Assembly: GCA_040390125.1 (NCBI GenBank)
Contig: JAZJYZ010000001.1
Location: 570,396 to 634,395 of the forward strand
Reading direction: 5' to 3'
DNA: 64,000 nt
From: Patescibacteria group bacterium
GTDB taxonomy: Bacteria; Patescibacteriota; Minisyncoccia; Phycocordibacterales; Phycocordibacteraceae
Shown: one piece after another, positions 18,117 to 26,950 of the stretch
How positions within the stretch are numbered: position 1 is the stretch's first letter
How the letters are laid out: each line of letters begins with the position of its first letter
Made by a program: the position numbers and the translations under genes
Notes under the pieces: generated by a model
What the model was told of the DNA's origin: nothing
Database searches by the model: none
What the model saw: only the letters and a program-made list of their open reading frames with translations

Positions 18117-19418
18117 TCACCCTCTCGACAGCCACTCCGCATCTTGGCGGACAAGGAAGTCTTTCGCTCGCTCGGGTTCTAGCATGAGAGATTTCACGAT
18201 ACGCTCCATACGCATCGATTGAGAACCTTTGACTAAAATCACGTCGCCAGGCTGAACCATAGACACAAGTGCTACTCCGGCATCGGCTCCCCTCTCACAC
18301 TCGAGAATAGTATTCTCCGCCATACCGGCTTCACGTGCACCTTCAGCAACGTTTTTTGTGCGAACTCCAACGGTGACTAATGTATCTGCTGATTGCGGAA
18401 CCAATGCGCCAATGCGACGGTGTTCATCAACCGAAAAGCTTCCAAGCTCCAACATGTCAGCCAACACAGCAATACGCCTGCCTGTCCGTGGAATGTCTGA
18501 AAGTGCAGAGAGGGCCTCTTCGGTGGCGACAGGAGATGCGTTGTACGTGTCATCAATAATGACAGACCCTCGAATGCCCGGGATCAACCGCATGCGACCA
18601 CTTGGAGGTTCATGTTTCTGGAACGTGAGGCAAGCGTCTTTCAAAGGAACACCAACACCTAGTGCAACACCTATTCCTGCCAACACTGAATACACATGAG
18701 AGCGACCAGCGACATCAGGAATAAATACTGCTCCTTGGTCGCCCTGGTATGTAACAGTGAAAGAAACGCCAGTGGGCATTCCATCTTTCTCAGTTGGATG
18801 GAACGAGCTTGCTTTGAGCTCGGCGTCATCTCCAAAACCAAATGTGATTCGCTCTACTCCATTTTTTGTTGTCGCAGAGCGAACATGCTCGTCGTCCGCA
18901 TTACCAACAAAAACGCCGCCCTCTTCAAGCCACCCCGCAGGGGCAAGCTCTTCTTTTATGACTTCTTCGGGAGATGCATAAAACTCCACGTGCACAGAAA
19001 TGTCAGGAAATCGTGTGGCAACTACTACATCAGGCTTCAGCCATGCAAGAGATTTAGTAATATCCCCTGGCCTGTCTGCTCCCACTTCAATAATTAACCA
19101 CTTTGGATACGGGGCATTCAGAATAATGAGTGACACGCCGTCCACAAGATTTCTCATCCACTGAAAGAGGTTTGACCAACCGTTAGGAACGCCAAGTACG
19201 GTCAAGGGAACGCCAATGTCGCTATTAAAACTCTTTTCACTTCGTCGAACAAAAAAAGAACTTGAAAGTGCCGTATAGATTGCATCTTTTGCAGAAGTCT
19301 TACCCACGCTTCCTGTAACGGCAATAATTTTTGGACGATACTTCTTCAGCACCAGTTTTGCCTCTAGTGTCAAAAGCCATACAATGCCGTGACGAAAAAG
19401 TTCTTTGAGATTGTGCAT
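18117..19418 (-). CDS. murF: UDP-N-acetylmuramoyl-tripeptide--D-alanyl-D-alanine ligase
   Basis: 433 aa with the Mur ligase P-loop KIIAVTGSVGKTSAKD and the MurF-type NSDIGVPLTVL motif. Confidence 0.88.
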   Translation of the reverse strand: MHNLKELFRHGIVWLLTLEAKLVLKKYRPKIIAVTGSVGKTSAKDAIYTALSSSFFVRRSEKSFNSDIGVPLTVLGVPNGWSNLFQWMRNLVDGVSLIILNAPYPKWLIIEVGADRPGDITKSLAWLKPDVVVATRFPDISVHVEFYASPEEVIKEELAPAGWLEEGGVFVGNADDEHVRSATTKNGVERITFGFGDDAELKASSFHPTEKDGMPTGVSFTVTYQGDQGAVFIPDVAGRSHVYSVLAGIGVALGVGVPLKDACLTFQKHEPPSGRMRLIPGIRGSVIIDDTYNASPVATEEALSALSDIPRTGRRIAVLADMLELGSFSVDEHRRIGALVPQSADTLVTVGVRTKNVAEGAREAGMAENTILECERGADAGVALVSMVQPGDVILVKGSQSMRMERIVKSLMLEPERAKDFLVRQDAEWLSRG

Positions 19419-19463
19419 ACGAAATGATCTAGAGTTTTCAATTACACGTACCGACCCTCACAT

Positions 19464-21203
19464 CTACTCGCCACTTGGGGTACGGTCCGGAGGAATTTCA
19501 TAATAGTTTATCAGAAAATGCACAGTATTCATGAACGGCTGAGTCCACGTCTCTGAGGCATACTGTGCTCCCTTAGGATACACCGCAAAAAAGAACACGA
19601 GAAACTTCGGTTCATACGCAGGAAAATAGCCAAAAAATGAATGGAGATACCTGTCCGTGTAATATCCACGAGCGTCGGGCCTAGCAATTTGTGCTGTTCC
19701 AGTTTTTGCAGCAATACTGTAGTCAGTCATTTTCGCCCTACCACCTTGGAGAGCATCATCCACAACAGTGACAAGCATTCGAGTAATGATTTCATCACTC
19801 TCTTTACTGATGGCCTGCACGGGCGGGCTCCATCCAAGTTTTTTATTTATGCCACCGCCATAGCGAAGCTCAACGCCCACATGTGGAGCCGGCACCACAC
19901 CACCGTTTGCCAACGTTGCGAGTGCTCGAGCCATCGCAACCGGAGTAATGGCAATTCCCTGCCCGAACGAAGCGGTAGCATACTCAACGGCACGAGGGCT
20001 TTCCAGGTTACTCACCAAGGGAGATGCTTCGTTCGGCAAATCAATACCTGTTTCACTGGCGATGCCAAACTTTTTTAAATACTCAGCAAATTTTGTTGTA
20101 CCCATTCTTTTGACGACGAAAGAAACGCCCGTATTGAGTGATTGATTCAATACTTCTTGCATAGGAACAACACCACGAGCTTTGTGGTCGTAGTTGTTGA
20201 TACGTGAACCATCAAGAATAAGAAATCCTTTGTCGTCATAGGTGGTGGTCGGGGTGACGGCACCAGAATCAATGCCTGCAGCCATAGTGATTGCTTTCAT
20301 TGTGGAGCCGAATTCATACACACGCTCTACAAGCGGGTTTGCGAATGCATTTGGGTCTGCGTTTTTGAAATCGTTCAAATCAAAACCCGGACGTGATGCC
20401 ATAGCTACAATGGAGCCGGTTTTGGGATCCATAATGATGGCGCCCACGGTATCGGAGTGCCAGGCTTCATCATATTTTTTGAGAACGTCTTCCAAAAATT
20501 GTTGCACGGACGGCTCGAGAGAGGTTACAAGATCAGCGCCAGGCTCCACAGTGTCGGGAGAAAATTTCGCACGAATGTTTGTAAAGAGATCCGCAAAGAA
20601 ATTCACATACAATCCGCCATCTGCACGTGAGAGTGCGCCATTGTAATAACGCTCTAACCCATACTGACCAGCAACACTTTTACCATCTGCACCAAAACCC
20701 AAAAATCCAATAGTTTGTGCCCCAAGAGTTTTTCCTGGATAGAAACGCCAATGCGATGCCAAAACCTGTACTCCTGGTATTTTTAACGCAGAAATAGCAT
20801 CTCCCGTTTCTGTAGACACCTGCTTTGCAATTTCTGCATAGACACTCTCTTTCTTCGAGGCTTTTTCAAGAAATATGGACTGATCAAGTTCAGGTAGGAA
20901 CTCTTTGAGGGTATTAAATGTGCCCCGGGCATCCGCAAGGCGGGACGGATTGAGAACAATTGTGTAGCCCGCAGCTATAGTAGCGGCGGAAAGAGGAGCG
21001 CCGTCCTTCGTGGTGAAGAGAATACTACCTCTATCTATTTGGTTGGTGCTTTGTTGTACGTATTGGCCCTCTGCTTTGAGGCGGTATTCCTTACCGTGCA
21101 CAACTTGTAGAAAGTATAATCGCACGAGCAATATAAGTGCGATAGCTATGAGGGAGAGCGCAATGAGACGTATGCGAAAAGCAAACTTTGACTTAGCGGT
21201 CAT
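19464..21203 (-). CDS. ftsI: Penicillin-binding protein (FtsI-type class B transpeptidase)
   Basis: 579 aa with an N-terminal TM helix and the SxxK (STMK), SxN (SLN) and KTGTA motifs, in dcw-cluster context. Confidence 0.88.
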   Translation of the reverse strand: MTAKSKFAFRIRLIALSLIAIALILLVRLYFLQVVHGKEYRLKAEGQYVQQSTNQIDRGSILFTTKDGAPLSAATIAAGYTIVLNPSRLADARGTFNTLKEFLPELDQSIFLEKASKKESVYAEIAKQVSTETGDAISALKIPGVQVLASHWRFYPGKTLGAQTIGFLGFGADGKSVAGQYGLERYYNGALSRADGGLYVNFFADLFTNIRAKFSPDTVEPGADLVTSLEPSVQQFLEDVLKKYDEAWHSDTVGAIIMDPKTGSIVAMASRPGFDLNDFKNADPNAFANPLVERVYEFGSTMKAITMAAGIDSGAVTPTTTYDDKGFLILDGSRINNYDHKARGVVPMQEVLNQSLNTGVSFVVKRMGTTKFAEYLKKFGIASETGIDLPNEASPLVSNLESPRAVEYATASFGQGIAITPVAMARALATLANGGVVPAPHVGVELRYGGGINKKLGWSPPVQAISKESDEIITRMLVTVVDDALQGGRAKMTDYSIAAKTGTAQIARPDARGYYTDRYLHSFFGYFPAYEPKFLVFFFAVYPKGAQYASETWTQPFMNTVHFLINYYEIPPDRTPSGE

Positions 21204-21233
21204 CTTTATATTCTAGCGTATGAAGCAACTATT

Positions 21234-21333
21234 AGCTGTCAGGTTTCAGCTTTTCAAACAGCTGTCAGGTTTCAGCTGTCAGCTTTCAGCTTTGAATGCA
21301 AAAGCTGGCACCTGGAAGCTGGAAGCTGGAAGC
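21234..21333. repeat. Heptamer-tiled palindromic intergenic element (8 left units, 5 right units)
   Basis: ...AGGTTTC AGCTTTTCAAAC AGCTGTC AGGTTTC AGCTGTC AGCTTTC AGCTTTG - aatgca - AAAGCTGG CACCTGG AAGCTGG AAGCTGG AAGCTC, between ftsL-like and ftsI. Confidence 0.5.
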
Positions 21334-21363
21334 TCTACTTTCTACCTTCTACCTTCTACCTTC
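21334..21363. repeat. Tandem heptamer microsatellite (CTACCTT x ~4)
   Basis: TTTCTACCTTCTACCTTCTACCTTCC, immediately at the 3' end of the ftsL-like ORF. Confidence 0.5.
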
Positions 21364-21736
21364 CATTATTGAACGAAACAACACTTGATTTACTAACGAA
21401 TGTTGGATTCTTTACCGCAACGTAGCCAAGCGAGCGGGCGTAGGGCTCCGTAAATGTTTGAGTCTTTGCTAAGTATGCGGTTTCAAGATTAGCCACTTCG
21501 GCTGAAGCACGTGAAGCACTACGAACAAGCTCACGGTGTGCTGCGACATGAACAACTGAGGAAAACAAGAAATACACGTACAGAATGGCAAGGAGCACAA
21601 ACCCTACTCCAACTAAAACAACCGCACGGCGTTCAAGTGGGTGTGCGTAGGCAAATATTCCTCCCTGATTTCGGCTTCCAAAAGGCAGAGATCCTTGGAT
21701 GTCTGGTATTTTTTTACTGTGTCGATTTTTATTCAT
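21356..21736 (-). CDS. FtsL-like cell division membrane protein
   Basis: The ORF opens at 21901 but overlaps rsmH. Taking the start at ATG 21736 (MNKNRH...) leaves an 8-nt overlap with the rsmH stop. It has a single TM helix plus a coiled coil, at the position of ftsL in the dcw cluster. Confidence 0.5.
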   Translation of the reverse strand: MNKNRHSKKIPDIQGSLPFGSRNQGGIFAYAHPLERRAVVLVGVGFVLLAILYVYFLFSSVVHVAAHRELVRSASRASAEVANLETAYLAKTQTFTEPYARSLGYVAVKNPTFVSKSSVVSFNNGR

Positions 21737-22688
21737 GGTTGTGTGTTTTATTTTTTTCAAAAATTCTGAGCTTGGCACTTCTGGCACGAGGATTTTTCTT
21801 TCGCTCGCCCTCGCTCGGTATAATGGGTTTTTTTGTAATACGTACTCCTTTGTCAGCATCCTCTGCTTCACGAAATGCCTGTTTAGTAATCCGATCTTCA
21901 AGGCTATGAAATGAGATGACTGCGAGTCTTCCGCCCGGTGCTAAGAGTGCTAGTGCCTCTTGGAGGGCTTCTCTGAGTGCACCGAGCTCATCATTCACAG
22001 CAATACGCAGTGCCTGGAACGTTCGTGTTGCAGGATGAATCTTTCCTCGTCTATAAAAACCAGGAACCGCTGAAGAAATAATGTCTGCGAGCTGTTTTGC
22101 TGTTTCTATTGTGTGTTTTTTACGTTCTTCAACAATCACCCGAGCAATGCGTCCTGAAAATTTCTCTTCTCCGTATTCTTTGATGATTCTTGCAATCTCT
22201 TCTTCATCCCAATCTTTAATAATGTCTTTTGCGGTATACAAATGATTATCGTCAGAGCCAAGTGTCATCAAAAGTGGTTCGTCGCTCTTAAATGAAAGTC
22301 CCCTGCCTCCTGCAAGTTGCTCTGAGTGCCAGCCTAAATCGAACACGATTCCTTCAGCACTCGTAATACCTGCGTCTTCTGCAAGAGTTTTAATATTGCG
22401 AAAGTTTCCCTGCACATAAATAATTTTTCCAAGGGCATCAGCCAAACGCTCTCTTGAGAGTTTTAGCGAATTTTCATCAACGTCCAAAACTAACAAAGTC
22501 CCCTTCTTCCCTACTATGTGTGAAATCTTTTCTGAGTGACCTCCTGTGCCTACCGTTGCATCAATCGCAGTTGCTCCAGCTTTCAATTCCAAACCATCAA
22601 CTGTTTCATCTAAAAGAACAGTGGAATGAGTACTGAGTTCAGAGTTTAGAGTTCCAAGTTCTGAGTTTTCTCTGAGTGTTTTTTTCAT
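21729..22688 (-). CDS. rsmH: 16S rRNA (cytosine1402-N4)-methyltransferase
   Basis: 319 aa with DATVGTGGHSE SAM-binding motif, adjacent to mraZ. Confidence 0.92.
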   Translation of the reverse strand: MKKTLRENSELGTLNSELSTHSTVLLDETVDGLELKAGATAIDATVGTGGHSEKISHIVGKKGTLLVLDVDENSLKLSRERLADALGKIIYVQGNFRNIKTLAEDAGITSAEGIVFDLGWHSEQLAGGRGLSFKSDEPLLMTLGSDDNHLYTAKDIIKDWDEEEIARIIKEYGEEKFSGRIARVIVEERKKHTIETAKQLADIISSAVPGFYRRGKIHPATRTFQALRIAVNDELGALREALQEALALLAPGGRLAVISFHSLEDRITKQAFREAEDADKGVRITKKPIIPSEGERKKNPRARSAKLRIFEKNKTHNHE

Positions 22689-22700
22689 ATTCCTTTTCTT

Positions 22701-22736
22701 AAAGCTGGAAGCCGAAAGCTGTAACCTGAAAGCTTT
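22701..22736. repeat. Single-arm heptamer element (AAGCTGG AAGCCGA AAGCTGT AACCTGA AAGCTTTT)
   Basis: Right-arm-type units only, between mraZ and rsmH. It could pair long-range with the surplus left-arm units at 21234-21290. Confidence 0.4.
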
Positions 22737-23197
22737 TATATGACACCTATTTCTCCAAGCTTCGCAGCCATCGCATCTCCTTGCGACTCAATCTGCTCTT
22801 TGTAAGATGCCCAGCGTTTCTTATCCCACACTTCAATGCGGTCATTCACACCTGCAAGTACGACATCCGTTTTGAGAGTCGCAAAATCTTTCAGATAGTC
22901 AGGAATGAGAATGCGTCCTGCGGAATCAACATCAGCCTCCACGGCACCTGCAAGCATGAAGCGATTAAATCCTCGTGTATCAGATGAACCTATAGAAAGT
23001 TGACTAAACTTCTCAGCAAGTTTTTTCCACGACGTTACTGAGAAAACAAAAAGACAATGGTCGAGACCTCGAGTAACGATAACTGTCTTGCCAAGTTCTT
23101 TACGAAAGCGAGCCGGAAGTGAAAGGCGTTTTTTTGGATCAAGCGTGTGTTGGTATTCGCCAATGAGCATGAAAATAAAGGGGATTTTGTGGCTCAA
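22736..23197 (-). CDS. mraZ: Transcriptional regulator MraZ
   Basis: 153 aa with FIGEYQHTLDPKKRLSLPARFR; duplicated MraZ fold, first gene of the dcw cluster. Confidence 0.9.
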   Translation of the reverse strand: MSHKIPFIFMLIGEYQHTLDPKKRLSLPARFRKELGKTVIVTRGLDHCLFVFSVTSWKKLAEKFSQLSIGSSDTRGFNRFMLAGAVEADVDSAGRILIPDYLKDFATLKTDVVLAGVNDRIEVWDKKRWASYKEQIESQGDAMAAKLGEIGVI

Positions 23198-23317
23198 AAC
23201 TTATATGCCACTTTGTCCCACTTACTTCCTATTATATGACACTGTGCCCCACTTTATGTTTACTTATCCCCACTTCGACTCCCAGGGGTCGCTCAGTGTA
23301 AACACTTGGAACAGCCA

Positions 23318-23346
23318 GGCGATGCCTCATCGGATCCGCAGGGATC
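23318..23346 (+). ncRNA. Two-hairpin structured motif, copy A (GGCGATGCCTCATCGGATCCGCAGGGATC)
   Basis: Hairpin 1 is CGATG-cct-CATCG and hairpin 2 GATCC-gca-GGATC. Two further copies at 35319-35347 and 53131-53159 show a compensatory stem change. Confidence 0.4.
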
Positions 23347-23524
23347 ATTTAGTGTTTAGTGGCTAACGTTTAGGGAATACCCTAATCAAATTCGGAGGGA
23401 ACATTTAGAGAAAAACAAACTCTGAAAAACCCTAAGGTTTCGCCTTAAGGTGTTTAATGCTAGGGTTTAGGCGACACTTCTGATGCTTCATCCCCTGTCG
23501 AGGGTTTTTAGTGAGAAACACATT

Positions 23525-23552
23525 TCAAAAAAACCGCCTAAGGCGGGTAATT
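23525..23552 (+). terminator. Intrinsic terminator (CCGCC-taa-GGCGG + T-run)
   Basis: AAAAAAACCGCCTAAGGCGGGTAATTTT. Confidence 0.5.
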
Positions 23553-23573
23553 TTAGGCTATTTTCTAGTCTAA

Positions 23574-23804
23574 TTATTCTGCCTTGCGGGGGAAAAGTGG
23601 CTCAATCCTGGCCCTCGGCGCTTCAAATTCTGGAAGTTTTTCTGCAAGGAAAAGTGCCCCTTTCCCCACAAGTAAATGGAGAAAAGAATCAAGAGTCCTT
23701 CCTTTGATCCAAGCCACCAGGGAATCATCCATTCTGCGTTCAGCAAAAGCTCGAACCTTTTCTGAAGGAGTCTTTTGAAACTCTTGTCTATATCTTTCAG
23801 TCAT
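23574..23804 (-). CDS. Hypothetical small protein (uncertain)
   Basis: 76-aa ORF in an otherwise hairpin-rich non-coding stretch. A competing opposite-strand ORF exists. Confidence 0.25.
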   Translation of the reverse strand: MTERYRQEFQKTPSEKVRAFAERRMDDSLVAWIKGRTLDSFLHLLVGKGALFLAEKLPEFEAPRARIEPLFPRKAE

Positions 23805-23823
23805 CGTGCCTATGTTAAGTCTT

Positions 23824-23985
23824 TATTGTTCTTCAGGGTCATCTAGAATGACATGTCCTGGGATCACATCTCCTACTCTTAGTGGATGTACCACATCTTT
23901 CTTTTCCCCCTTTGGGACAACGGTACGTCCAGGAACTGGATGATCAGGCTCAAGCATTCTTTCTACTCTTTCTATTCTCGCCATA
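23824..23985 (-). CDS. Hypothetical 53-aa ORF (uncertain)
   Basis: MARIERVERMLEPDHPVPGRTVVPKGEKKDVVHPLRVGDVIPGHVILDDPEEQ, directly downstream of lysK. No obvious SD, and it is below the ORF-track cutoff. Confidence 0.25.
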
Positions 23986-24033
23986 GATTTTTTGATTTGA
24001 GTACAAGCATAATAATCCTACTATCAACAGATA

Positions 24034-25629
24034 TCAAGAAACCTCTTTGAGTCGGGAAATAACGAACTCTCTATCCAAAACACTAAGGAACCATCCTACT
24101 TTTGGTCCGTGGTCTTTACCTAAGAATGCTTGGTAAATTGCTCCGAAGAAAGCTTTGGGTTCTATTGCGTGTCGTTTTCGTATTTCATGAATTTCTGTGT
24201 GAAGGGCTAACCCGTCGAGCTTTTCATGACTCTCTATAAAACTAAGAAGATCAGCAAGTGCCTTTTTCTGCTCGGCAGATACATTCTTTGCGGAGTCAGG
24301 AACACTGTTTGTCGCAAGTGAAAACTTAAATTCGTCAGATGCTGATTTTTCTAACCAAATTTTTGCGTACTTGGCTCGAAGCTCAAGCTCTTCTCTATCA
24401 AGTGAAGTGATAGCTTCCCCTTTCAATCGAAGAATCTCAGACTCTAAATCAAGGTGTGGCATCTGTACAAGAAATGCCACTTGCGAAAAACGTGGAAGAA
24501 ATCGTTTCTTTTCTTTGAGCACTGCCCGCTCAGACGGAGCATGAATGTATTCAAAAAGCCTTGAGTCGTCGTCCACAACACCACTCCAGTATTTTTCTGC
24601 AAGCGTGTCGTACGTATCAAAGAGCACGGGAATAGTATCGCCCGCCGGGTCGAAGTTAATTTGTTGATTCATGTCTTTACCAAACAATGCAAGTCTGAAA
24701 ATTGTAGGAGGAAGCAAATCTACAACTTCTTTGGCAGAAGCTCCCTGACCTTTTGATGATGCCATCTTCTTTCCGCCCACAAGAAAAAATTCATTTGATA
24801 CTCCAAACGGTTCTGGATATTCAAACACTTCTTGTGATATGCGCCTCGCAACATCACGGGAGCCCCCTTTGGAATAATGATCCTTGCCACCTCCCTCAAC
24901 ATCAACACCAACAACTTTCCATTTCGCTGCCCAATCGAGTTTCCATAATAATTTTGCGTTTCCGTTGTACGGAGAGATAGAACCGGAATGCCCACATCCT
25001 TCGGTCCATTTCACTGCCGTAGGGTAACAAGCGTAGGTTACTTTCTCGCCGTCAAAGGCTGTCACTTTCGTTGTGCCAACCTTGCCACAGTTCTCGCAGA
25101 TGACCTGTATAGGAAACCAGTCAGCCGGACGAGGGGTGCCATACATCTCTTCATAGATCTTCCGAACAGTAGCTATTTTATCAAGTGCCATCTTGATTGG
25201 CTCATTCATTTTTCCAGAAAGATAGAGTTCGCTTGCACGATAAAACTCTGGAGTAAAGCCGGCATCATGAATCGCTTGAATGTATTCGACTGCGAAATAC
25301 TCTGCGAAATTGGAAGCTACAGCTGGGTCAGGCGATGGAATATTCAAAAGCGGTTTCCCCATGTGCTCTTTATAGACCGATTCATCTAAGTACACCGGAA
25401 GCCCGTCCATCGGGTCAAAATCATTTATCTCGTACTTAAAAACATTTGGGACACCTGCTTCTGTAAGACGCTCTGAAATGGCGGCATGAAGTGCCAAGGC
25501 TCTCATAGAGCCAACATGCACTCTGCCTGAGGCAGTTTTTTCATCACGAACGATGAGCGTGTCACCCGACGCTATTTTTTCTTTGAGCAATGTTTCTATT
25601 TGTCCGTATACCCTATCAAGCCAGAACAT
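24034..25629 (-). CDS. lysK: Lysine--tRNA ligase, class I (archaeal-type)
   Basis: 531 aa with an HVGSMR HIGH-like motif and KMASSKG (KMSKS variant). The C-terminal FLSVLDREFVISRLKE resembles class I LysRS. Confidence 0.85.
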   Translation of the reverse strand: MFWLDRVYGQIETLLKEKIASGDTLIVRDEKTASGRVHVGSMRALALHAAISERLTEAGVPNVFKYEINDFDPMDGLPVYLDESVYKEHMGKPLLNIPSPDPAVASNFAEYFAVEYIQAIHDAGFTPEFYRASELYLSGKMNEPIKMALDKIATVRKIYEEMYGTPRPADWFPIQVICENCGKVGTTKVTAFDGEKVTYACYPTAVKWTEGCGHSGSISPYNGNAKLLWKLDWAAKWKVVGVDVEGGGKDHYSKGGSRDVARRISQEVFEYPEPFGVSNEFFLVGGKKMASSKGQGASAKEVVDLLPPTIFRLALFGKDMNQQINFDPAGDTIPVLFDTYDTLAEKYWSGVVDDDSRLFEYIHAPSERAVLKEKKRFLPRFSQVAFLVQMPHLDLESEILRLKGEAITSLDREELELRAKYAKIWLEKSASDEFKFSLATNSVPDSAKNVSAEQKKALADLLSFIESHEKLDGLALHTEIHEIRKRHAIEPKAFFGAIYQAFLGKDHGPKVGWFLSVLDREFVISRLKEVS

Positions 25630-25744
25630 GTGAGCATACTAACAGAGTAAAAGCTGATTTGCTTGTGAAAATAAGTACCACGTATTAATAGTTTGCAAAT
25701 ACTTGACTTTTATTTAATTTACAATATAATATATCTAACCAATA

Positions 25745-25905
25745 TGTCAGCAGAAGCCACAATAATACGCCAGACTCAAAAAGTAGGAGACATAGAACTT
25801 CCACCCCCTATGGACGTGGTTATAAAATTTTTCGGTTCTGTCTTTACGCTCTTTTTGAAAAATACTGCAAGCCTGCTCGCAGCACCTATCACTTCCAGCA
25901 AATAA
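25745..25905 (+). CDS. Hypothetical small ORF (uncertain)
   Basis: About 53 aa from MSAEATIIRQ, followed by the bidirectional terminator AAAAGAGCCCTT-caa-GGGCTCTTTT (25921-25950). Confidence 0.25.
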
Positions 25906-25977
25906 TCCAACATAATTAAAAGAGCCCCTTCAAGGGCTCTTTTAATTATGTGGAGGTTTACCTTATAAGGTAAAAAC

Positions 25978-26286
25978 TCATTTAACTTTACGATCCAAGA
26001 TGGCAATGGTGCGTATGGTCTGAAGCGGTATAGGAAATTCGTCGATGACGATTCCATGGAATGCACCACTTCGACCATACGAAACTCGACAAACCCCTTT
26101 AGTTTCTTTTATTGTGTTTGTTCTATCAACAATATGGCGAACATAGAGCACGTCACCACTCTCTATACGAGTTCCCTGTATGAAGCCATGAGCTCGCTCT
26201 CTTCTTTCTTTCGCAAGTGCCCGGGCACGTGCAAACCTAGCGAGTCTGTCAGTTTTTAAAAAACCACTACCCACAACCTCTGTCAT
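25978..26286 (-). CDS. Hypothetical protein co-transcribed with greA
   Basis: 102 aa, starting 3 nt after the greA stop. No recognised domain. Confidence 0.4.
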   Translation of the reverse strand: MTEVVGSGFLKTDRLARFARARALAKERRERAHGFIQGTRIESGDVLYVRHIVDRTNTIKETKGVCRVSYGRSGAFHGIVIDEFPIPLQTIRTIAILDRKVK

Positions 26287-26289
26287 ACA

Positions 26290-26835
26290 CTAAGAAATCT
26301 CGATGACGGTATATTCTTGTCTTCCGTTTGGAGTTGAGAATGTGAATGTTTCGCCCTTCTTCTTACCCATCATAGCTTCACCTAGTGGAGAGAGGTGTGA
26401 AATTTTATTCTCACGCATGTTTGCCTCTTCACTTCCCACAATGGTGTAGGAATGATCACTCTTATCACCCTTTTTGCGTATTTTAATTGTGGAGCCAAAG
26501 CCCGCTGTTCCCTTTTTCTTTTCTGAAATGATGACGGCTGATTTTACAAGGTGTTCAAGCCTGCGAATGCGTTCTTCCGTTGCGGCCTGGAGTTCTCTCG
26601 CTGCTTGATACTCTGCATTTTCAGATAAATCACCAAGAGAACGAGCGTACTCAAGCCCTTCTGCGATTTCCCTTCGAGCGACGGTAATTAAACGCTCAAG
26701 CTCTGCTTTTAATTCATCAAATTTTTCTTGAGAGAGAAGATTTTGTTCTTCTGTTTGGTCGCCTTTGGCACGTGCTTTCATACTGGTATGCGTCATTGTA
26801 TCCTCCATTGTCGAAACGTCAAATCGACACAACAA
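26290..26835 (-). CDS. greA: Transcription elongation factor GreA (with N-terminal extension)
   Basis: 181 aa with the GDLSENAEYQAARE coiled-coil motif plus a C-terminal FKBP-like domain. Confidence 0.85.
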   Translation of the reverse strand: MLCRFDVSTMEDTMTHTSMKARAKGDQTEEQNLLSQEKFDELKAELERLITVARREIAEGLEYARSLGDLSENAEYQAARELQAATEERIRRLEHLVKSAVIISEKKKGTAGFGSTIKIRKKGDKSDHSYTIVGSEEANMRENKISHLSPLGEAMMGKKKGETFTFSTPNGRQEYTVIEIS

Positions 26836-26855
26836 GCTTCCGGGTTTAATTAAGT

Positions 26856-26934
26856 AGCTTTCAGCTTCCAGCTGTCAGCTGCCAGCTTTTATGAAATTAA
26901 AGCTGAAAGCTATAACCTGACAGCTGACAGCTCA
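26856..26934. repeat. Heptamer-tiled palindromic intergenic element
   Basis: AGCTTTC AGCTTCC AGCTGTC AGCTGCC AGCTTTT - atgaaatta - AAGCTGA AAGCTAT AACCTGA CAGCTGA CAGCTCA, between the mrdA 3' end and the greA start. Confidence 0.5.
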
Positions 26935-26950
26935 GAGTTAGAAGCTTTGA

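Noticed and set aside
21737-21901. 5' 55 codons of ORF 21356..21901
   Set aside because: They overlap rsmH in another frame. The start was moved to ATG 21736.
23200-23560. RNase P RNA, tmRNA, SRP RNA or 6S RNA in the long non-coding blocks (also 35226-35580)
   Set aside because: None of the universally conserved strings (for example GGAAAGUCCGGGCUCC, ACAGAACCCGGCUUA of RNase P; GGAUUCGAC...CCACCA of tmRNA) are present. This was assessed by eye only.
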